64,000 bases of DNA, taken from contig NC_043010.1 of NCBI RefSeq assembly GCF_006345805.1, positions 56,420,001 to 56,484,000 of the forward strand, in the 5' to 3' direction. The translations under genes were made by a program, and so were the position numbers. This DNA is from Octopus sinensis. Lineage: Eukaryota. The notes beneath the pieces were generated by a model that ran no database searches, was not told the origin of the DNA, and was given only the letters and a program-made list of their open reading frames with translations. Of this stretch, positions 62,549-64,000 are shown one piece after another (position 1 is the first letter of the stretch; each line of letters starts with the position of its first letter).

Positions 62549-63943
62549 ACCACATCTGCTGTTGCTGCTGCTATTATAACAAATGGTGTGGTGTTGTGTG
62601 TGTAACCCAGTTTAAATCCCTTGTAAGAACTTCTGGGGAAGAGGATGTTACACAGTAACAATCAACCAACTTTGTTCATTTGCTACAGCATGGCCAGTAC
62701 TGAGGGGATTCAATATGTCTCCACCACCTTAAATACTTCCCTCTCCCCTAACATATTTATTATGAAGTTAGTTAAAATGCCTTGTGGTAGTTGTGTCACC
62801 TCTTTACATTCACATTTCAAATCCCTCTCAGGCCAGCTTTATCATTCATCCCTTCAGTGATGAAAGGTAAAATAAAGTACCAGTCATATACTGAGGACCA
62901 TTACAATCAACCCCACCAAAAAAAAAACACATCCAACTTCTAACATTCTACCTAATTTAGAAACAATATTGTTGTTGTTGTTATTATTATTATTATCATT
63001 ATTGGTGGTGGTGGTGGTGGTGGTAGCTGTAGCCTTCTCTCAGCTCTGATGGTGTAGACTATGTCCAACAGGATTCCAATTGTGACCATCCTGTCTTTTT
63101 GCATATTTAAGACCACATTATTTAATGTCTTTCCCTTTTCATAATGGTACTGTGTAATTGGCGGGGGGGGGGGGTATTTCTAGCAATGCTAGTAACCACA
63201 TAAATGCCTCTGGAGGTGATGGTGGGGTGTAGTAGAAAGGGTGGAGTATGAGGTAGGGGAGGCCATTATCTGTTGAGATGTCACTATGATATGCTACTAC
63301 AGGTGTAGCAACAGCTGTTATTAAGCAAGTCTCTCCACTCATCCATGCTCTTCATCCTTCATCACATACGTAAAAAAAAAATATGCTACTACCATGTGCA
63401 AGTATTTGCTAAGCATTTGTACCAAGCAGCCAGCTCGTTACTGTAATTAAAGAAGCTGAGTGGTGGTGGTGGTGGTGGGGGTGGGGGCAGGATTGTTTGT
63501 TTTCTGCTTGGTTACCCTGGTTACCCAGTAAATGGTTGTAGGATCCGTCTGATCATGGCTCAGCTTCTCGCAAACATCTGCTTCCAAAAACACACAACTC
63601 TGAGGAAATGTCAAGTACCTCAGTCGGAAGTAGCAAGGTCAGGGTTGGGCTTTCATCTCCGACCTTGCTCACCCTGTTGTTGGTGAACGGGGTGGATATG
63701 GGGTGCAGGGGTGGGGGCCTTTGTCTTTATCTTCACCTTCTGTTCAGTCTCTGTCTTGTCATACATACATGTATGTGTGTGAGTATGTGTGTGAGTTTAT
63801 GTGTATGAGTGTGTGTGTTTATAAACACCCCTATACTTCTTATATAGTTTGCTGAGAAGTAAGCATCTTCAAGGGTAGTACTCAATACATGATCACATAG
63901 AACAAATACAGAATTAAGAAACACACTACACATGTACACATAT

Positions 63944-63982
<39 letters not shown>

Positions 63983-64000
63983 GAGCTTCGACATAGTTTC

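Overview
AT-rich, microsatellite-dense eukaryotic DNA, mostly intronic or intergenic. The SINE and LINE families resemble those I recognise from octopus (coleoid cephalopod) genomes; this species assignment is an inference. There is no complete protein-coding gene, rRNA, true tRNA or CRISPR array, and most ORFs in the supplied track are translations of simple repeats. The only convincing host-gene piece is a 97-bp + strand exon (34661-34757) encoding a signal-peptide-like N-terminus, with an RFX X-box about 1.1 kb upstream and a possible first exon or promoter near 1220-1302. The rest is transposable-element material: a near-full-length mariner, three further mariner remnants, two RTE LINE pieces, CR1-type LINE 3' ends, an R4/Dong-type fragment, Penelope-like remnants and three tRNA-derived SINE families. 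The most notable observations are: (1) several Penelope-type ends carrying hammerhead-ribozyme motifs, one structurally intact at 45030-45072 on the minus strand; (2) a tRNA-headed, SINE-like element whose 3' end is a hammerhead-bearing Penelope-type terminus (59089-59420); (3) a 4.1-kb composite element with three levels of inverted repeats around a decayed Merlin/IS1016-type transposase; and (4) a 1.1-kb near-perfect palindrome. All alignments and folds were done by eye and need computational confirmation.
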